Origin: Azolla caroliniana
Lineage: Eukaryota > Plantae > Polypodiophyta
Assembly: GCA_043228905.1 (NCBI GenBank)
Contig: JBHGNT010000002.1
Span: 16,120,001 to 16,184,000, forward strand
Direction of reading: 5' to 3'
Length of the DNA stretch: 64,000 nucleotides
The position numbers were made by a program, and so were the translations under genes. Each line of letters opens with the position of its first letter. Position 1 is the first letter of the stretch. Shown one piece after another: positions 58,211 to 64,000 of the stretch. Below the pieces are notes generated by a model, which made no database searches, had not been told where the DNA came from, and saw only the letters and a program-made list of their open reading frames with translations.

Positions 58211-58555
58211 GTACACTATTGCGCTCTAATCTTGTGCCAACAAGAATGACAACCGCATTTACTAAGTTTGCCCTAAGTCATGTTTATACTAATATGACTT
58301 TTCGGCTATTTACAAATATAGCCCCGACCGACTCTCAATAACATATTTATGAATATGTCCCTTCATCCGGTGAGCACTCCTCACCGGGCCTACATCATCC
58401 GGCGCTTGCCGGGCACACGTCATCCAGTTCTCACCGGGTCTTCCGTAGCCGGTTACTCGACATCCGGTTTCGGCCTTGGCCTGTCGGCCTCGGCCGAGTT
58501 TGCTCATTATCCCTGTTCTTTTCACTTCCCATCCGGAGGGACCTGTTTCCTAACA
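53013..58555 (-). mobile_element. Full-length decayed Ty1/copia element J (B/F family)
   Basis: LTRs 57895-58555 (5') and 53013-53806 (3'); PBS 57880-57891; PPT 53809-53818; perfect TSD GAACC. Gag-pol 57864 to 53817 has stops and frameshifts. Confidence 0.96.
53527..53780. repeat. 40/50-bp tandem array in U3 of the J 3' LTR
   Basis: Three 50-bp units (53567-53716) flanked by 40-bp units; all start CATCCGGTTCTCAC. Confidence 0.93.
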
Positions 58556-58560
58556 GAACC

Positions 58561-60619
58561 CAGTCGCCTTCCTCGATTTTCCTTGGTCGTAGTAGGTGAG
58601 TCCGGTCGAATCGCCCCTTGTTCTTTGTCCTTGCTGCACGCAGCTTCGTCATTGCTCATTCCACGTCCTTCGGTCGTCGCTCGAGCTGTTGGATTCGCAC
58701 CGCTAACAACTCCTCCCGGCTCATCTCATCTCTCCAGTCCACCGCGGCCTACGAGTAGATCGTTCTCTCCATCGGCATGATCGGCTTCTGTCCGTACATC
58801 AGATCCGCCGGCATGAACCCGGTTACCGAGTTGTGCATAGTTCGGTCTACCCACAATACGTAGGGTAGGAGCCGCGGCCAATTCTCGACCTGTCCTTGAC
58901 ACGCTTGCACCAATGCCTTCACGATTGGGCCGTGCCCTCTTTCTATCTTCCCGTTCGCCTCTAGGTTGTACGCCGTCGTGAGGGAGAGCTTGACTCCTAG
59001 CCGGTCGAACAACCCTATCAGCTTCCTCCACATACAACTCCCCACGATCTGCCATGATCTTCCCTACACACCCGTACCGACACACCACCTCCTCAATCAG
59101 GAATCGAAATACCGCTGCAGTCGTCTTATTCTGCAGTGCGAGGCCCTCCACTTGGTTCGTCAAGTCTTCTCGCGCCAGCACCAGGTACCGCATCTGTCCT
59201 ACCCCCATCGACATCGTCACCAAATCTACCATCCACTTGAAATGGATAGTCAGGGGATAGGTCGGGTGTAGCTTGTCTCGATGCCGAATCGTGGAGTGCA
59301 TCTGACAATTCTCGCATGTCGTCACGAACCGGTGCATGTCTCGGTATAGCCCCGACCACCAATACTTCTCCTTTAGCTTCTCGAACGTGGCCCAAGTCCC
59401 GCGGTGACCGTCCCAAGGACTCTCGTGGTACGCCGCGGGCAACATCTCCCGCTTCTCCTTCCCTGCCACTATTCGTAGTGGGACACCGCCTCTCTTCTTC
59501 GGATGCTTCCATAGGTTCCCGGCCCGTAGGAAGAACGCTTTCTACCGGACCCGGTTAGCTTCGTCTTTCGTCCATGCAGTGTTCAGTATAATTATCTTCA
59601 GGAATCAACCGATCCTGAGCCACTCCCCTTCATATTCGCCCTCATCAAAATCATTAACCATCGGGGTGCTACCTGCCCTTGCCAGGTAAGCCGACTCGAA
59701 GAAGTCCTCACCGACTTCTTCGTCCTCCAAAACCATGTCATCCTCGTCGTCAACCGCGCTCTTGAAAGCATGTCGGCCATGGCGTTGTCCTTTCCGGAGA
59801 TGTGCCGTATCTCCAGACTCAGGGACTTGATGTACGCGATCCATCTAAGCATTGCCAGGTCTGGCGTCGCGCATCTGGAAACCATACCGAGAATCGGTAA
59901 GCAGTCCGTCTCTATTATTACCTCCGTCTTGATTAGGTAGTCTTTGTCGGCCTTGACCACCGAAACAATAGCCCAGAGCTCGTGTTTAACTTGGGTGTAT
60001 CCTCACTGTCACTCACTAAGTACCTTCGCTCTGAACCGGATAGGGAACCGTGTGCCGCCTTCATCTTCCTAACTGATCACCCATCCTATCCCGGTCAGGC
60101 TCGTATCTACGGTTACATAGATCGGAACGTCTTTGCCGTAAACCGCTTTACGGAGTGCCGGTGCCACGGTTAGCGCTTCTTTTAGTCTCCGGACGAACTC
60201 CGTATGTTCCCGGCCCCAGTTGAATTTGCGCCCTTTCTTTAACAACCCGTAGAGCAGTTCCGCAATGTGTGCGTAATGCGGAACCCATATGTGGTAGAAC
60301 GCACACGCCCCCAGGAACCTCCGCACCTCTGTTACCAACTTGCATTCCTCCTTCATCAAGGAAATGGTTTCGACCTTTGCCGGAGACGGTTTCCGGCCAT
60401 AAGGCCTACACAAGTGACCGATCACTAAGATTTCTAATTGACCAAAAGCCGATTTTTCTCCGGAGAAGGTGAGTCGCGCGCTCTCCAGCCATTGTAGCAC
60501 CCAATCGCAGTCTTTGATGTGGTCCACAACAAACCTCTGGCAACCATCCAGTGCAACCAACTCATCCTTATCCTCCACCGGACACCCTTTTATCAGTATG
60601 TCATCCAGAAACGGCATGG
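58561..60619 (-). mobile_element. Gypsy G3 pol (RT end, RNase H, integrase), decayed
   Basis: PFLDDILIKG, VRRFLGAC, TVDTS..GIGW, ETDCLPILGM, HES.WDGHRG...C.NCQ and EANGKIERGH. Confidence 0.9.
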
Positions 60620-63600
60620 TGATGCGCATAAGCAAGATACACTCAGAGAGAGAGAGAGAGAGAGAGATAGGCACAAAGAGTCATTATATTTCTCAATAGC
60701 AACTTTTACAAATGACAACCAACCAACCACCAACAACAACAACAACCTTTCTAAAGGTTACAAAGTCACTTTATATAGTGATTGTCCTAGGGCAACTGCC
60801 CTTTATGCTATTTATAGAAATAGCCCAAACTTGGGCTGTCCAAAGTGACAGTGTGAATACGGCCATTATACACTCATATTCGACACTCCCCCGAAATGGG
60901 CGTATACATGGGTTATCTAAAACATTACAGGTATATACAAGGTTTATCGGACAGATCAGTTTTGTTAGAGTTGGCAAGATCTGAAGCCAATCCTCAAAGA
61001 ACCGATGTTCGTGGTCCGAAACCATCCCGTGTTGTGTTCCGACTTTAACCGGATCAATTTTTGGTTACGCCCGTCTGGTGCCGGAGGGATCGGAAATGAT
61101 CCGCCGAAAGACACTTGGTCATTCCATCTGCGACATTATCGGTTGTGGATATCTTCTCTAGACCGATTTTCCCTGAAATGACGCAATCCCGAACGAAGTG
61201 ATATCGAACGTCTATATGTTTGGAGGCGTTGTGGTGAACTGGATTTTTTGACAAAGCAACAACATCTTGACTCTCGTTGTAGACAACTGGAACCGAGTCG
61301 GAGTCGACCTGTTGAAATGTGTGTGCTAGGCGACTGAGCCATAAAGCTTCTTTTGCCGTGTCGGACGCAGCTACATATTCCGCTTCGGTCGTTGAGGTGG
61401 TTGTGCACTCCTGAAGTTTCGACTTCCACGAGATTGCTCCATTGCCAAATTTGAAACAGTATCCGGTTGTTGATTTCTGACTATCCACACAGCCGGCGAA
61501 GTCCGAGTCAGTGTAACTGATTACACTTGAGGTTGAGTTCGGGCCAAAAAGAATGTCGTGGTCTTTTGTGCCAGCTAGATATCTGAACACATGCTTGACT
61601 GCGTTCCAGTGCGATCGGCCGGGGTTGTGCATGAATCTGCTGACGACTCCTACAACGTGAGAAATATGAGGCCATGTCGTGACCATCGCGTACATAAGGG
61701 AGCCGACTGCCGGTTCATACGGTACCGACTTCATATCTTCCCCCTCTAGACCGGATGTCGGGCAGTCTCGCTGAGACAGCCGAAGGTTAATGGGGAGCGG
61801 GGTCGAAATAGACTTGGTCGATTGCATGTTGAAGCGTTCCAAGACACGTCCGATGTAGTCGGTTTGAGACAAGAAAAGTTGTCATGTATCACGATGCCGA
61901 CTAATGTTCATACCGAGTATGTGTCTTGCCGGACTGAGGTCCTTCATGGCAAACTTCAACCACAGTTTCCGAACGAGTTCGATGAGCTCTCCGGCATGTC
62001 GGCCGGAGAGTAGCATGTCGTCCACGTAAATGATGAGGAAGACGGGAGACCCGTCTTGAGCTGTTTTGGTGAAGAGACACTAGTCCTCATCGCTCTTAGA
62101 GAAGCCGACCGACTGGATGAAGTCCTCGAACTTCTTGTACCACTATCGGGGTGCCTGTTTCAGGCCATATAGACTAGATGTTCCTGACCAGATGTCGCAA
62201 AGCCTTTCGGCTGCTCCATATAAATTTCCTCTTGTAGGTCACCGTGGAGGAATGCCATTTTTACATCTAGCTGAATCAACTCCAAGTTGTTGGTGGCCAC
62301 AATGCCAAGCATGAAACGAAGGGTCATCATTTTCACCACTGGTGAAAAGATTTCTTCAAAGTCGACGCCATATTCTTGTCTAAATCCCTTCGCAACTAAT
62401 CTAGCCTTGTACTTTGGGTTGGGCGAGTCAGATGTCTCTTTTAGTCGATAGACCCACTTACATGGAAGAGCACGTCGATTCTTCGGTAATTCGACCAAGT
62501 CCCAAGTCTTGTTTGCCCGAATGGAGTGCATTTCCGACTCCATCGCCAAATGCCATGTGGCTGAATCGACATATGCCAATGCTTCTTCGTAAGACGTCGG
62601 TTCGCCAGCGTCAGTAAAAACAATTCCGAGAGAGTACCTCTCCGGAGGTTGCGACAGTCTCTCGAATCTGCGAGGTATGACTGGACTAGTCGCACCGGGT
62701 GTCGATGTCGGACGGTCGGGAGACGAGCCATTCGGCTGTGCCGAATTGGTGGATTCAGTGCGAGAGTTGTCGGTTATCCATGAAACCGATCTCGTGTTGT
62801 GGGTTGGGCCGTCATGAAGGGTTGGCACTTCAAAAAATATTACCCTTCGGACTTCAATAGGCCTTTCGGCCGTTTTATGCATAGCCGACTCATTGAACAC
62901 GACGTCCGAACTTTGGACGATTTGTCTGTGCTCGGGATCCCAGAGTTGGTATCTGATCTCGCTGTCGAGTCCGTACCCAAGGAAAACGTATTTCCTTGAT
63001 CTTGGTTCGAGTTTCCGGTGATCATCTTTCGGTATGAGGGCGTATGCCTCGCAACCGAAGATCCTTAGCTTGTCATAATTCGGCTTACTGTCAGTCCATA
63101 TTTCCTGAGGTATTTGAAGTCCTAGAGGTCTACTTGGCGACATATTTATTATGTGTACTTTCGTAAGTAGAGCCTCCGCCCAAAAGCCATCCGACAGTCC
63201 GGACTGTTGGAGCATGGATACTACACATTCTTGAATCGTCCGATTCATGCGTTCAACAATTCCGTTCTGCTCCGGACTATAGGGTGCCGTATATTCACGT
63301 CGAATGTCGCGTTCCTGGCAGAATTTGACAAATTCTTCAGACTTGAATTCTCCTCCATTGTCGCTTCGAAGACATTTCAGTTTCCAACCGGTCTAATTTT
63401 CGACCATTGCAAGCCATTTGGAGAAGATTGAGAAAACCCGATCTTTGGTTCTAATGGGGTAAGCCCACACCTTCCGAGTCGAGTCGTCAATAAAACTGAC
63501 GAAGTACAAAGCACCGCCGAGAGAATGATGTGGCATCGGGCCACAGACGTCGGAGTGGACCAAATCGAGTGGGCTCGATTCTCTTGGTGTTGATGTTGGA

Positions 63601-64000
63601 TGTGATGCGGCTACCTGTTTGCCATACTGGCAAAGCTCTCAAAATTGGTGATCCAAGAAGGAGAGCTTGGGGATGTAACCAGCTCTAGATAGGTGCGTTA
63701 TGCCGGCCTTGCTGAGGTGTCCAAGTCGTCCGTGCCATAACGATGGCACGGGGATATCAACCAAAAACAAGTCACCCTCTTTGAGTGTGACATATAGAGG
63801 GTACAAGGAATGTACCTTTGGTCCTTGAGCAAGCAGGAGGTTCCCTTTGTGGAGTGTCCACCCTCCTGATAGGAATTTCGGCTGAAGAGCCAACGTAGTT
63901 GACCTCCTCATGCCATCTACTCTTCTAATCCGCTCTCTGAGCTTTGTCGGTTTTTGCTTTGAGTGCCCGGTAGTCGGCTTTGATGTGTCCCGGTTTCTTG
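60620..64000 (-). mobile_element. Copia K (C family): 3' LTR 60620-60885, PPT 60886-60892, pol from 61054 running off the window
   Basis: RNase H (YTDSDFAG, ASKHIDVRYHFVR), RT, integrase and LWHGRLGH. Jumps to a zinc knuckle (KKPGHIKAD) near 63880, implying the protease is deleted. Confidence 0.92.

Overview
Land-plant nuclear DNA. The retroelement families look seed-free (fern/lycophyte/bryophyte-like), but that is inference. One host gene is present: a 7-exon Mediator subunit 27 (MED27) homologue on the + strand (26819-34791, 459 aa). It sits as an island between two nests of transposons. Left nest (1-25764): an intact, young Tork/Tnt1-type Ty1/copia element (605-5989; 635-bp LTRs differing at 5 sites; uninterrupted gag-pol) inside an older copia, plus decayed copia and gypsy elements, solo LTRs and rearranged junctions. 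MED27 intron 5 holds a deleted copia that itself carries a solo LTR and a templated copy of nearby intron DNA. Right nest (37400-64000): a foldback MITE, a 5'-truncated LINE with a (TATC)n tail, several decayed copias, a non-autonomous hAT element, a second MITE and two gypsy elements, nested four deep. I found no RNA genes, CRISPR arrays or prokaryotic systems. Best leads: an apparent Gag capsid-domain swap in the intact copia; a ~200-codon in-frame extension behind RNase H in another copia family; unusual insertion and repair footprints; a possible recursive splice site in MED27; and strong CCGG enrichment. Element names (copia A-K, gypsy G1-G3) are my own labels. All coordinates, alignments and counts were done by eye.
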